Source: Macrostomum hystrix (lineage: Eukaryota; Animalia; Platyhelminthes). From it: DNA of 64,000 nt. Location of the stretch: contig CATNEN010000038.1 in NCBI GenBank assembly GCA_950097015.1, forward strand, positions 13,516,001 through 13,580,000, written 5' to 3'. Shown in pieces: positions 1 through 13,100 of this stretch. Under the pieces are notes generated by a model, which worked only from the letters and a program-made list of their open reading frames with translations, was not told where the DNA came from and made no database searches. A program made the position numbers and the translations under genes. Within the stretch, counting starts at the first letter, position 1. Every line of letters begins with the position of its first letter.

Positions 1-3000
1 CCTGCAGCCGAAAGGACCCTGCAAAACTAAAGGCCTGCTGCTTGATGGGGCCTACCGTTGGGGACCAAACCTGTTCATCCGCCTGGTTCAAGAATACGGC
101 GTTGAACCTTCTGTGGCACAGCATCTAGCTAATGTCTATGGCGATAAGTGCCTGGAGGTTTGTACGCACCGTTGCTCTTCCTGTCCCCATTGGTTCTTCT
201 GTCATCATTGATCCATCGATCCATTGATTGATCCTTCTGTCCCCATCGATTCATTGATTCTTCTCTCCCCATTGATCCATTGATCCTTCTCTTCCCATCG
301 ATCCATTGATTCTTCTGTCCCCATCGATCCATTGATTCTTCTCTCCCCATCGATCCATTGATTCTTCTCTCCCCATTGATCCATTGATCCTTCTCTTCCC
401 ATCGATCCATTGATTCTTCTGTCCCCATCGATCCATTGATTCTTCTCTCCCCATTGATCCATTGATTCTTCTGTCCCCATCGATCCATTGATTCTTCTCT
501 CCCCATTGATCCATTGATCCTTCTCTTCCCATCGATCCATTGATTCTTCTGTCCCCATCGATCCATTGATTCTTCTCTCCCCATTGATCCATTGATTCTT
601 CTGTCCCCATCGATCCATTGATTCTTCTCTCCCCATTGATCCATTGATCCTTCTGTCCCCATTGATCCATTGATTCTTCTGTCCCCATCGATCCATTGAT
701 CCTTCTGTCCCCATCGATCCATTGATTCTTCTCTCCCCATTGATCCATTGATTCTTCTGTCCCCATCGATCCATTGATTCTTCTCTCCCCATTGATCCAT
801 TGATCCTTCTGTCCCCATCGATCCATTGATTCTTCTGTCCCCATCAATTCATTGATCCTTCTGTCCCCATTGATCCATTGATTCTTCTGTCCCCATCGAT
901 CCATTGATTCTTCTCTCCCCATTGATCCATTGATTCTTCTGTCCCCATCGATCCATTGATTCTTCTCTCCCCATTGATCCATTGATCCTTCTGTCCCCAT
1001 CGATCCATTGATTCTTCTGTCCCCATCGATCCATTGATTCTTCTCTCCCCATTGATCCATTGATTCTTCTGTCCCCATCGATCCATTGATTCTTCTCTCC
1101 CCATTGATCCATTGATCCTTCTGTCCCCATTGATCCATTGATTCTTCTGTCCCCATCGATCCATTGATCCTTCTGTCCCCATCGATCCATTGATTCTTCT
1201 CTCCCCATTGATCCATTGATTCTTCTGTCCCCATCGATCCATTGATTCTTCTCTCCCCATTGATCCATTGATCCTTCTGTCCCCATTGATCCATTGATTC
1301 TTCTGTCCCCATCGATCCATTGATCCTTCTGTCCCCATCGATCCATTGATTCTTCTCTCCCCATTGATCCATTGATTCTTCTCTCCCCATCGATCCATTG
1401 ATTCTTCTGTCCCCATCGATCCATTGATCCTTCTGTTCCCATCGATCCATTGATTCTTCTCTCCCCATTGATCCATTGATCCTTCTGTCCCCATCGATCC
1501 ATTAATCCTTCTGTCCCCATCGATTCATTGATCCTTCTGTCCCCATCGATCCATTGATCCTTCTGTCCCTATCGATCCATTGATCCTTCTGTCCCCATCG
1601 ATCCATTGATCCTTCTGTCCCCATCGATCCATTGATCCTTCTGTCCCCATCGATTCATTGATCCTTCTGTCCCCATCGATTCATTGATCCTTCTGTCCCC
1701 ATCGATCCATTGATCCTTCTGTCCCCATCGATCCATTGATCCTTCTGTCCCCATTGATTCATTGATCCTTCTGTTCCCATCGATCCATTGATTCTTCTCT
1801 CCCCATTGATCCATTGATCCTTCTGTCCCCATCGATCCATTAATCCTTCTGTCCCCATCGATTCATTGATCCTTCTGTCCCCATCGATCCATTGATCCTT
1901 CTGTCCCTATCGATCCATTGATCCTTCTGTCCCCATCGATCCATTGATCCTTCTGTCCCCATCGATCCATTGATCCTTCTGTCCCCATCGATTCATTGAT
2001 CCTTCTGTCCCCATCGATTCATTGATCCTTCTGTCCCCATCGATCCATTGATCCTTCTGTCCCCATCGATCCATTGATCCTTCTGTCCCCATTGATCCTT
2101 CTGTCCCCATTGATCCTTCTGTCCCCAATGATCCTTCAGTCGGCATTACAAAGCCTCAGTCAGCTACCTCGAATCCTTGTCACCTGTCTAGTCCTTTAGA
2201 TAGTTGTCACCTTCACGATTCTTCAGATGACCACCGATTGCTTACTCATACGAGTAAGCTACCCACTCAGCTATACCGATCTGAACACCTTTAGTTTACC
2301 TATACCATCCCCAGGTAATCAAGCTGGAGTCGCTCAGCGGCCAGCGCTGGCCAGTGGTTGGCAAGCGCCTGCACCCGAACTATCCCTACCTTGAATCCGA
2401 GGTGCGCTGGGCCACTAAAGAGTACGCCTGCCGTGCGGTGGACATTCTTGCCCGTCGGACTCGCCTGGCCTTCGCCAACGTACACGCAGCTGCTGAAGCT
2501 CTGCCTCGAGTTGTGGAAATCCTGGCTGAAGAGCTCGGCTGGTCGGAGGCCAAGTGCCAAGAAGAGCTGGCCCACTGCAAGCGCTTTCTGCGCTACGAGA
2601 TGGGCTACAATCTAAAGCTGCAGGAGCGGCTGCAGCATCCGGTCAACCTGTCGTCCGAGGAGATCGCCGATCTCATGGCCAAGTTCCGTGTCATGGATGT
2701 CGACAACAAGGGCTTCATTACTCTGAATGATTTAGAGAAGTACTTCAAGGTGAGTTGTTTCCAGTTTTCCGTATTGGATTTCTGTTTTAGAAATTACATT
2801 TCCCATACTTTCGTCTCCTAACTTATTTTTTGCCTTAAAGAGTAAAACTTTTCCTAGCTCCTTTGCACGTAAATAAATATCACTTTAAGTCTTGAAGTAA
2901 TTAAGTAAATAGCAGAAAAAATTACAGAGACAAAGTAGATCTAGTCATCGGGCAAAGTAGATCCAGTCAAACAAAGGGCATTCAGTCAGTTGAAAAAGCT

Positions 3001-6000
3001 GATCCAGTCAGCAGTCATGACAAATTAGATCCTGTCATATGACAAAGTAGATCTATTCATATGACAAAGTAGATCCAGCCATCTGACGAATTAGATCCAG
3101 CCATCTGACGAAGTAGATCCAGTCAGGTGAAAAATTTGATTCAGTCATGAAAAAAGTAGATCCATCCAAAACATTGAGCATGTTTTGCACTACATTTTAC
3201 TTGTCAGTTGCCTGTTTCATTTCCTTTGTTTTTTATCTCATTCTTTATATTTTCTCCCACCAATACAGGCTCACGCGGCTCCAATGCTTGTGCGTAAAGA
3301 TAACACAATTTTATAAAATGCGTACTAGCCCGGTTGGTCAGCTGCTCTTTGGGTGTGGTTATTTTGTGAACATCGAGCTCTGTTTTTAACCAAATAATTT
3401 GGGCCTATTAGCGATTATCGAAATTAATTTATTTCCAAATCATTAATATTGCTAATGCATGCATTACTGATGGTACTGAGCTTCATTATATTGTTCGCTT
3501 TTAACTTTCCCTTATAGAAAGTAGTCACACTCGACCCCAAAAAGTGCGCTGTTTTTATTGTACCCATACATTAGTATGTGAAATTGTTGATTTTTTAAAT
3601 TTTATTGAAACTTAACGCTCTTTTGTAGCACCTTCTCACTTTATAAAATAATGGATTTTTGCATCAAGCATCGATACTCGTAAAAGACAACCATTTCTTC
3701 TGCATGAATTTGACTTTCTTGATTCTGTCGATATGAACTACGAAACCACTCAACATCAGATTCCTGGGAACTTTTGGTCCTCAACATCAGCAGATTCCTG
3801 GGAAATTTTGGTCCTCAACATCAGCAGATTCCTGGGAAATTTTGGTCCTCAACATCAGCAGATTCCTGGGAACTTTTGGTCCTCGACATCTGCAGATTCC
3901 TGGGAACTTTTGGTCCTCGACATCAGCAGATTTCTGGGAACTTTTGGTCCTCGACATCTGCAGATTCCTGGGAAATTTTGTTCCTCAACATCAGCAGATT
4001 CCTGGGAACTTTTTATCCTCAACATCTGCAGATTCCTGGGAAATTTTGTTCCTCAACATCAGCAGATTCCTGGGAACTTTTGGTCCTCAACATCAGCAGA
4101 TTCCTGGGAACTTTTGGTCCTCGACATCTGCAGATTCCTGGGAACTTTTGGTCCTCGACATCTGCAGATTCCTGGAAAATTTTGTTCCTCAACATCAGCA
4201 GATTCCTGGGAACTTTTGGTCCTCAACATCTGCAGATTCCTGGGAAATTTTGTTCCTCAACACCAGCAGATTCCTGGGAACTTTTGGTCCTCAACATCAG
4301 CAGATTCCTGGGAACTTTTGGTCCTCAACATCAGCAGATTCCTGGGAACTTTTGGTCCTCAACATCTGCAGATTCCTGGGAACTTTTGGTCCTCAACATC
4401 TGCAGATTCCTGGGAACTTTTGGTCCTCAACATCTGCAGATTCCTGGGAAATTTTGGCCTCTACATCAGCAGATTCCTGGGAACTTTTGGTCCTCGACAT
4501 CAGCAGATTTCTGGGAACTTTTGGTCCTCAACATCAGCAGATTCCTGGGAACTTTTGGTCCTCAACATCTGCAGATTCCTGGGAAATTTTGGCCTCTACA
4601 TCAGCAGATTCCTGGGAACTTTTGGTCCTCGACATGGAGAGCTAAGAACATTAGGTTACCATACAGTTTCTAAGAATATTTTTAGCAGAGAAACATGACC
4701 TATTGAAAAGAGCATTTTTGTAATTTTTCTACGCTTGAAAGTAGCATTTAAAACATTGAATGTAAAATTTACCTAGTACATGCTTGTGGCTGCATATGAG
4801 TTGTTTTTTATTCATGATTTTATTAAATCTGATTGATGGTCTTCCATACAATCAGTCTGATCTGCCTGATTTTATGTTATCAGACAGATTTCTCAGACCT
4901 TGTCAGTCAACACCGCTCAACCAAAATGCACAACTCCCTCAGGGGATCAACCACAACATGGAGGCGCCGCAGATCATGGACATGATTGACGAAGTCGATC
5001 TCAATCGAAATGGCCGAATCGAGATGTCCGAGTTTTTGCAGGTTATTTCGATAGTTTTTATCTCGCTAAAAATATATACAACCTACTAATGGTCAACTTA
5101 TCGACACTGCCATCTTGATCTCGACTATCTCTTCTCCCATCTCACCAAGGCTCTAATATCTCACCCAAGCTGTAGTTTCTCACCCAAGCTGTAGTTTCTC
5201 ACCCAAGCTGTAGTATCTCACCCAAGCTGTAGTTTCTCACCCAAGCTGTAGTATCTCACCCAAGCTGTAGTTTCTCACCCAAGCTGTAGTTTCTCACCCA
5301 AGCTGTAGTTTCTCACCCAAGCTGTAGTATCTCACCCAAGCTGTAGTTTCTCACCCAAGCTGTAGTATCTCACCCAAGCTGTAGTTTCTCACCCAAGCTG
5401 TAGTTTCTCACCCAAGCTGTAGTTTCTCACCCAAGCTGTAGTATCTCACCCAAGCTGTAGTTTCTCACCCAAGCTGTAGTATCTCACCCAAGCTGTAGAT
5501 CTCACCCAAGCTGTAGTATCTCACCCAAGCTGTAGTTTCTCAACCAAGCTGTAGTATCTCACCCAAGCTGTAGTTTCTCAACCAAGCTGTAGTTTCTCAC
5601 CCAAGCTGTAGTTTCTCAACCAAGCTGTAGTTTCTCACCCAAGCTGTAGTTTCTCAACCAAGCTGTAGTATCTCACCCAAGCTGTAGTATCTCACCCAAG
5701 CTGCAGTATCTCACCCAAGCTGTAGTATCTCACCCAAGCTGTAGTATCTCACCCAAGCTCTAGTATCTCACCCAAGATGTGTAGTATCTGTGCTCTACTA
5801 TCTCCTCTACCATCTCACACAAACTCTACTATCTCCTCTCCCATCTCCCACAAACTCTACTATCTCCTCTCCCATCTCCCACAAACTCTACTATCTCCTC
5901 TCCAATCTCACCCAAACTCTACTATCTCCTCTCCAATCTCACCCAAACTCTACTATCTCCTCTCCAATCTCAGACAAACTCTACTATCTCCTCTCCCATC

Positions 6001-7781
6001 TCACCTAAACTCTACTATCTCCTCTCCCATCTCCCACAAACTCTACTATCTCCTCTCCCATCTCACACAAACTCTACTATCTCCTCTCCAATCTCACCCA
6101 AACTCTACTCTCTCCTCTCCCATCTCCGACAAACTCTACTATCTCCTCTCCTATCTCACACAAACTCTACTATCTCCTCTCCAATCTCACCCAAACTCTA
6201 CTCTCTCCTCTCCCATCTCCCATAAACTCTACTATCTCCTCTCCTATCTCACACAAACTCTACTATCTCCTCTCCCATCTCCCACAAACTCTACTATCTC
6301 CTCTCCCATCTCCCACAAACTCTACTATCTCCTCTCCAATCTCACCCAAACTCTACTATCTCCTCTCCTATCTCCCATAAACTCTACTATCTCCTCTCCT
6401 ATCTCACACAAACTCTACTATCTCCTCTCCTATCTCACACAAACTCTACTATCTCCTCTCCAATCTCACCCAAACTCTACTATCTCCTCTCCTATCTCAC
6501 ACAAACTCTACTATCTCCTCTCCCATCTCCCACAAACTCTACTATCTCCTCTCCTATCTCACACAAACTCTACTCTCTCCTCTCCCATCTCCCACAAACT
6601 CTACTATCTCCTCTCCCATCTCCCACAAACTCTACTATCTCCTCTCCCATCTCCCACAAACTCTACTATCTCCTCTCCAATTTCACCCAAACTCTACTAT
6701 CTCCTCTCCAATCTCACCCAAACTCTACTATCTCCTCTCCAATCTCAGACAAACTCTACTATCTCCTCTCCCATCTCACCTAAACTCTACTATCTCCTCT
6801 CCCATCTCCCACAAACTCTACTATCTCCTCTCCCATCTCACACAAACTCTACTATCTCCTCTCCAATCTCACCCAAACTCTACTCTCTCCTCTCCCATCT
6901 CCGACAAACTCTACTATCTCCTCTCCTATCTCACACAAACTCTACTATCTCCTCTCCAATCTCACCCAAACTCTACTCTCTCCTCTCCCATCTCCCATAA
7001 ACTCTACTATCTCCTCTCCTATCTCACACAAACTCTACTATCTCCTCTCCCATCTCCCACAAACTCTACTATCTCCTCTCCCATCTCCCACAAACTCTAC
7101 TATCTCCTCTCCTATCTCCCACAAACTCTACTATCTCCTCTCCTATCTCCCACAAACTCTACTATCTCCTCTCCTATCTCACACAAACTCTACTATCTCC
7201 TCTCCTATCTCACACAAACTCTACTATCTCCTCTCCAATCTCACCCAAACTCTACTATCTCCTCTCCTATCTCACACAAACTCTACTATCTCCTCTCCCA
7301 TCTCCCACAAACTCTACTATCTCCTCTCCTATCTCACACAAACTCTACTCTCTCCTCTCCCATCTCACACAAACTCTACTATCTCCTCTCCCATCTCCCA
7401 CAAACTCTACTATCTCCTCTCCTATCTCACACAAACTCTACTATCTCCTCTCCAATCTCACACAAACTCTACTATCTCCTCTCCAATCTCACCCAAACTC
7501 TACTATCTCCTCTCCTATCTCACACAAACTCTACTATCTCCTCTCCAATCTCACACAAACTCTACTATCTCCTCTCCAATCTCACCCAAACTCTACTATC
7601 TCCTCTCCCATCTCACACAAACTCTACTATCTCCTCTCCCAACTCGCAGTTCATGTCGGCTGCCAAGAGCGGCACTGTGGGCTCCTCTCGATTCAAGCAC
7701 GTGTTGGATCGTACCGGCCACGGCAAGCAGGACAAAGGCGATCACGTGATCTCTGTTGATAGGTCCGGCGGCGGTGTCTGA
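1..7781 (+). CDS. GPD2: Mitochondrial FAD-dependent glycerol-3-phosphate dehydrogenase, 3' portion with EF-hand C-terminus; gene starts before the window
   Basis: Exons 1-157, 2315-2749, 4943-5041, 7650-7781 (TGA), joined by GT-AG phase-0 introns. Translation includes FIRLVQEYGVEPSVAQHLANVYGDK, RLHPNYPYLESEVRWATKEYACRAVDILARRTRLAF, EF-hands DVDNKGFIT and DLNRNGRIEMSEF, and C-terminal ISVDRSGGGV*, colinear with metazoan GPD2. AATAAA at 7895-7900. Confidence 0.95.
181..2137. repeat. 26-bp intronic minisatellite (CCCCATCGATCCATTGATTCTTCTGT variants), about 75 copies
   Basis: Direct tandem periodicity. A rare CCCTATCG variant recurs about 338 bp (13 units) apart, indicating a higher-order block duplication. 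Confidence 0.97.
2930..3165. repeat. Degenerate ~21-bp tandem repeat (GACAAAGTAGATCCAGTCAT-like)
   Basis: About 10 diverged copies of AAGTAGATCCAGTCA in a GPD2 intron. Confidence 0.75.
3745..4635. repeat. 34-bp intronic minisatellite (CCTGGGAACTTTTGGTCCTCAACATCAGCAGATT), about 26 copies
   Basis: Direct periodicity; the ORF track shows a 34-aa period in all three frames. Confidence 0.97.
5158..5776. repeat. 19-bp intronic minisatellite (TCACCCAAGCTGTAGTWTC), about 32 copies
   Basis: Direct periodicity. Confidence 0.97.
5795..7640. repeat. 31-bp nearly G-free intronic minisatellite (AAACTCTACTATCTCCTCTCCCATCTCACAC), about 59 copies, abutting the 3' splice site
   Basis: Direct periodicity; the last unit ends about 9 nt before the acceptor AG at 7648-7649. 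Confidence 0.97.
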
Positions 7782-9242
7782 ATTCGTGCTCGATTTTGTA
7801 AATTGACCAAGGCTATTCTACTAACAGCTAGCTTAGTGCTAATTAATTTAAAAAGATAGTACTTAATAAGACTATTATATTCTTTACGCTCGTTAATAAA
7901 TGCTTGTTTTTTATGTACTCTCGTAGCTTTTTCTTCGCATCGTAACTTTTGCATTCAGCGCCTGCCTGAATTTCATCAAACATGCTACTTCTGACATGAT
8001 CTAATAGTAATTTAGTAACTAAATTAATGTAGATTCCATTTTTGAGATAGATTATCTACCTTTTTTTATTGTATTTTAGTAATAATACAAATTATAATGT
8101 TGCGTCATTGTGGCATTGATTGCCACCGTCTATTTATGAAGGGTCTTGCTTAGATAACCGTATTGTTTTCTCTGTGCTAAGATTCCAATTCCAAACCTCT
8201 GGTTTAGGAGTCCGAAACCCTGCACTAACCACTGGACTACAATGTCTCACTGAATGGCGTCTAATCTTTGCGACTAGGGGCTTATATTGATTATTCCGTA
8301 AGGGGGTAAATTGTGGCTGATAATAAACAATTAGACGGCTCCAAAATCTTTTTTGCGCCACATTTCAATATTTGAGTGTAACACAGCTCTAGGAAGTGAT
8401 ATTGTTAGAGTATAAAATGTAATCTAAATCAGGTTTTCTTGTTCGCGTATGTCTACTCGCGCTGTTTGCTACTCTACCGGCAGACAGACATCGAAGCGCT
8501 TTGTCAGCTTCTTACCCAGATGCGTCAAAAAATGAATTTAGTAACTGCAGCCCATTTCGGCCCAGTATTCGTTGTGTTTTTTTAACTTCTGCCAGCTTGT
8601 ATCGAATCGTCTGAGAATCTTTTTGTCTAAAGGATTTAAAAAAATAATAATATACAAGTTTTTTCACTATGTGTGATCTGACTTCCTTTTGTGTTTGACT
8701 TCTCAACCCTGGGAAGTATTGTTCTTTCATCAATTATCGATTATCAATAGTTATATCGTTTTGTTAAGCTTGTTAAACAACTCTTACTTTTAAGTAGTAA
8801 GCAACTTGACAGATCAAAGGGTAAGGTAAGTTAATTAATTTGTAAAAGCATCAGGGGCATGTATTTTTGTTGTAGTAGTCACAGTCTAGAAGATAAAAAA
8901 TGTAAAGTATACTTTTTGGATACGGTTTATTTTTCCAAGTGATCATCAGTTCTAGAAGATTAGTAAGTCAGCCAGCGGTCTCTGTAACTGTACCTAATAG
9001 AGAAGTGCAGTGTTATAAGCCATCACAATCTACGTAATTCAGTCTGTATATTACATACGAGGTGTAGGTAATTGGTACTGTAGTTCACTAGTTAAAACTA
9101 AATATGTTCGGCCTGCTTTATATTAGAGATTTTTTTCAGAAAACTAGACTTCTTTTTAGAATAGTCCAAATAGTCGAAACGCCAATTCAAGGCAGTGAGC
9201 TGTCTTTAAACCATTGAGAAGTCCCTTTCTCCAGGTAGACAA

Positions 9243-9842
9243 TTAGCCAGCTACCTGGGTAAGCCGCATTTTCGACAGCACCAGGCCGCAGGTCTCACAG
9301 CACGGCCCCAGGCAGCAGTCCACAATTGATTTGGAGAATCGGCGCATGCAGGCCATGTTGATCTCCCAGACCTTGAACGATGGCGTGATGCACCAAATGT
9401 GCTCCATGGCAATCCCGGCGAACACGCAGCCCCAGTAGAGGGCTACGAAGATGCCACAAAACAGGGTGCACACCTTGTACAGACAGTTCTTGCCGCAGTT
9501 GAAGCAGCTGTACGAGTTGCGCCACACGCAGTCCATGCTGTGAATGCCGTCCGGCTCGCCCAGGACATCCTCGAACTTTGTCTGCACGAAGCGGCGGGTT
9601 TTGCATCGTTGCTGAATTAATCTTGGGTCTGAGCTTATTTCACCTACAGCTAGCCCAGTGACAAACTAGACCTATTTGAATATCCAGAGGACCCACTGCA
9701 CACAACCTTTTTGGTCGATTCTGCCAGTTCCTGAGAAGTAACACGACTACATAAATGGTGAATGAGGAGCATAGCTCACCGACAGATGTCCGTTCAGAGA
9801 GTTCGGATCCCTGTTCTCCATGTCGAGGTCCGTGCTTGTCAT
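9243..9842 (-). CDS. Caveolin family protein, 133 aa, two exons
   Basis: Exon 1 9842-9780 (MTSTDLDMENRDPNSLNGHLS, donor GTGAGC); exon 2 9581-9243. Has the RDP motif, caveolin signature FEDVLGEP (canonical FEDVIAEP), HSMDCVW and a hydrophobic hairpin. Confidence 0.92.
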
Positions 9843-10060
9843 CCTGGCCACTTGTCTTGTATTAGATTAAACAAAGATAAAAATAGGCTCTCGCTATCGC
9901 CTTGGAGACTGCTTCTTTGGCTCCGCTCTGGATTACTGTTGTGGACTGTTTTGCCGGGCCTTTTAAGCAAGAGCTAGCTAAAGAAACAGAAACAGAATCT
10001 GTCCCCTAGCAGCGGATCCTTCATCCTCCGTTGTACAGCTTGTGTGTATGTGCGTGCCAG

Positions 10061-10217
10061 GTTGCCAAGGCGCCCCACCCTAGCATGGGGTTGCGGCATC
10101 TTCAGAGCACAATTGAATTCTGAAACGCTTCCATATGGCTCGTACATTCATTGTAAGCTGGTCCTCTGCTGCTTCAAAGCATGACTGCGCTTGATTACAT
10201 GCCGTTGCCATGGTGCC
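10061..10217. promoter_or_regulatory. Two RFX X-box-like motifs upstream of caveolin
   Basis: GTTGCCAAGGCGCC (10061-10074) and GTTGCCATGGTGCC (10204-10217) versus consensus GTTGCCATGGCAAC; only one half-site is good in each. Confidence 0.25.
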
Positions 10218-10794
10218 GACCAGATCGCCTCAGTCAGGAGATGCGCGTTGCTTCCTGTTGAGCCACCCAGCGCTTGCTGGGCACTCTGCGCTTGCTCAAG
10301 CTATTGTGCTCAATGCGCTACGAGGTTCGTTGCTTCCTGTCAACGCAACGCGAAAGAGGATAGAATTTGAGCTCAAATGGCCGGCAAAATGGCTGAGGTT
10401 AAGTTGTGCCTCAGTCCATCAATGAAAACAGATCCTGAACTTTATTCTCAAGATGGTAGCTTATACCTCAAGTCAGTCACTTAGATTTCATAAGTCAGGC
10501 AAAAGAAGCCAGGCTTATTCACTGGACTGTGAAGAAATTTATTATGTCTACGTTTACTGCATGCGCAAATGTACGAGTAATTCATTATTGTACATGCAGT
10601 AATAATTGGGATCATGCAAATTTAATCAGTTTTAGGATGCGATTCATAATGCTAAATTAGCAAATAGCACAGTAATATGGTCAGTTTCATAAATGTTAAA
10701 TATATGCTATAGTTATGAGTTCTTATAACAATAGTAAGGATTATTCCCTCCTTCTCAAGCCCCAGTATAGAGCCCTAATTTTAAACTACATGTA

Positions 10795-12050
10795 CGAGGG
10801 GCTTTCAATAAGTTTCCGGATGCACAGAAATGAAAAGCGTCAGAGGGAAGATAAATGTCAGGCCTTTTCGAAGTTCTCTCCCGCAGCTTCGATGCACTTT
10901 CTCATCCTTTCAAACCAAGTAGCAAAGCAGACAGCCCAATCTGACTGAGGGATGTCAAACAGGTGACTTTGGAAGGCCTCGACGGTCTGTTCCGGCGATG
11001 CAAATCGGACTCCCTTGAGCAGGCGCTTGACTTGTAGGAACACAAAGAAGTCACACGGTGCCAAGTCGGGGCTGTAGGGTGGGTGCTGAAGCAGTTGGAC
11101 GCGATTCTGCTCCATGAACTCCACAGTTAGTCGTGCAGTGTGGGCCTGGGCGTTGTCCTGGTGGAGCAGCAACCCGCGATGGCGAGTCCTTGGGCGCAGT
11201 CACCGTCCGCTGTGTTACCAGCGGAATCATGGCTACGGGACCACAGCAAGCCACAAAAACAGCCACCATCTGCTTGGCGACGCTTCGCGACCGCACCAGC
11301 TTTGAAGGTGGCGGGCTGCCAATGGGGGTCCACTGAGCCGACTGCTGCTTGCTCTCCGGTTCAAAACAGTACACCCAGGTCTCATCACCACTGACGATGT
11401 CCGAGGAGCTCGTTGATCTTCCACCGTCGAATCTTTCGAGTATTGAATGGCACCAATCGATCCGGGCCTGTTTTTGCTCCTGGGTCAGGTGATGATCGAG
11501 GCACCCAGCATGCGGACACCTTGCAGAGGCCAAGCCTTTCATGTAGGATGGTTGAGGTGCTTCCCGATGAAATGCCCACAGCAGTGGCTAGCTGTTGCAC
11601 TGTCAACCACGGGTCTTCCTCAACCAGGGCCTGCACTGCAGCCACTGCTTCCTGAGTGGTCGAACTCGGGGTCGTCCTTCGCAAGCCTCGTCTTCGAGCG
11701 ACACTCGGCCCCGACGAAATTCTGCGAACCAGTCAAAGACGGTTGTTCTCGAGGGTGCAGTATCCCCGAAGGCTAGGCGAAGCCGTTCTAAGCTTTGCGA
11801 CTGGTTCAGACCACATTTGTAGTCGTAAAAACTCATCGCTCTCCAGTGGATGCGTGACAGTTCCATAATAGATACTTGAAGTTGGAGGTGATAGGTGACT
11901 TTGAAGTGAAGTTGTGAGATTCAGGTTTATTGTGTAATCATTATATTTTATGTCAAATCTCAGGAGATGTACATTTTTTATGTGAGGATATTTTGAGCAG
12001 TCTAGAGTGGGCTGGCTCTTATGGTCCGGAAACTTATTGAACGCCCCCAC
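10795..12050 (-). mobile_element. Decayed mariner (DD34D) transposon, about 1.25 kb
   Basis: TA at 10793-10794, TIR CGAGGGGCTTTCAATAAGTTTCCGGA and inverted copy TCCGGAAACTTATTGAACGCCCC at 12025-12047. Frameshifted transposase 11866-10858: N-terminal HTH MELSRIHWRAMSFYDYK, WVP motif, SGDETW, HQDNA...HPPYSPDLAPCD with 34 residues between D2 and D3. Confidence 0.93.
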
Positions 12051-12104
12051 CTTATCCTATCGTATAAATATATCAGAGAAAAAATTTGCTAGATGTAGAT
12101 GTTC

Positions 12105-12345
12105 AGCTAGCGGCACCATCGCAGCTATTGGATCCAAAGGCTGTTGTATATAGCGGTTCAGTCCATGGACTGGGGAGGCCACCGAAATTTTGACACCAGG
12201 CAATACTGGTTGGTACTCACAGCCGGATAAACTGAAGCACTCAGGAATTAAGCGTCTTGCTTTACAATGTACTTCCTTTGGGATTCGAAATCTCGAACTC
12301 CCGCGGTCTAAATTCCAACCTCTTAATCACTGAGCTACAGGCTAC
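12105..12345 (-). mobile_element. tRNA-derived SINE, family B (CORE-like central domain)
   Basis: Minus-strand head AGCCTGTAGCTCAGTGATTAAGAGG...GGGAGTTCGAG. Shares the GCTTCAGTT...GCTGT and GTCCATGGACTG blocks with copies at 47070-47300 and 53343-53535. Confidence 0.7.
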
Positions 12346-12469
12346 CCTACCTATATTCAAAGCACATGTTTCTAGTTGACAACTTTAAGCTGATAAAACA
12401 CATTTAAAAACATAAATCATGCTCGACAACATTTTGAAAATATGCTGAAAAAAGTCATCGATGCTTACA

Positions 12470-13100
12470 AACTGACACATTTTGACACTCCTGCTGACGA
12501 ATTCTGATAAACTTGCTCACACAATTGTTGTGATACGCATGCTGACACATTCTGACAATCATCCTGACACATTCTGACAAGCTTGCTGACACATTCTGAC
12601 AATCATCTTGACACATTCTGAAAATCATCTTGACACATTCTGAAAATCATCTTGACACATTCTGACAAGCTTGCTGACACATTCTGACAAGCTTGCTGAC
12701 ACATTCTGACAATCATCTTGACACATTCTGAAAATCATCTTGACACATTCTGAAAATCATCTTGACACATTCTGACAAGCTTGCTGACACATTCTGACAA
12801 GCCTGCTGACACATTCTGACAATCATCTTGACACATTCTGACAATCATCTTGACACATTCTGACAAGCTTGCTGACACATTCTGACAAGCTTGCTGACAC
12901 ATTCTGACAATCATCTTGACACATTCTGACAATCATCTTGACACATTCTGACAATCATCTTGACACATTCTGACAAGCTTGCTGACACATTCTGACAATC
13001 ATGCTGACACATTCTGACAATCATCTTGACACATTCTGACAAGCTTGCTGACACATTCTGACAATCATGCTGACACATTCTGAAAATCATTCTGAGACAA
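12470..13100. repeat. 22-bp intergenic minisatellite with two interspersed unit types (TGACACATTCTGACAAGCTTGC / TGACACATTCTGACAATCATCT)
   Basis: Direct periodicity, about 25 copies with degenerate edges. Confidence 0.95.

Noticed and set aside
129-2146. Long ORFs in all three minus frames (up to 405 aa)
   Set aside because: Translations of the stop-free strand of the 26-bp array inside a GPD2 intron.
3733-7000. ORFs of 267-407 aa with periodic sequence
   Set aside because: Products of the 34-bp and 31-bp intronic arrays; the peptide period equals the unit length.
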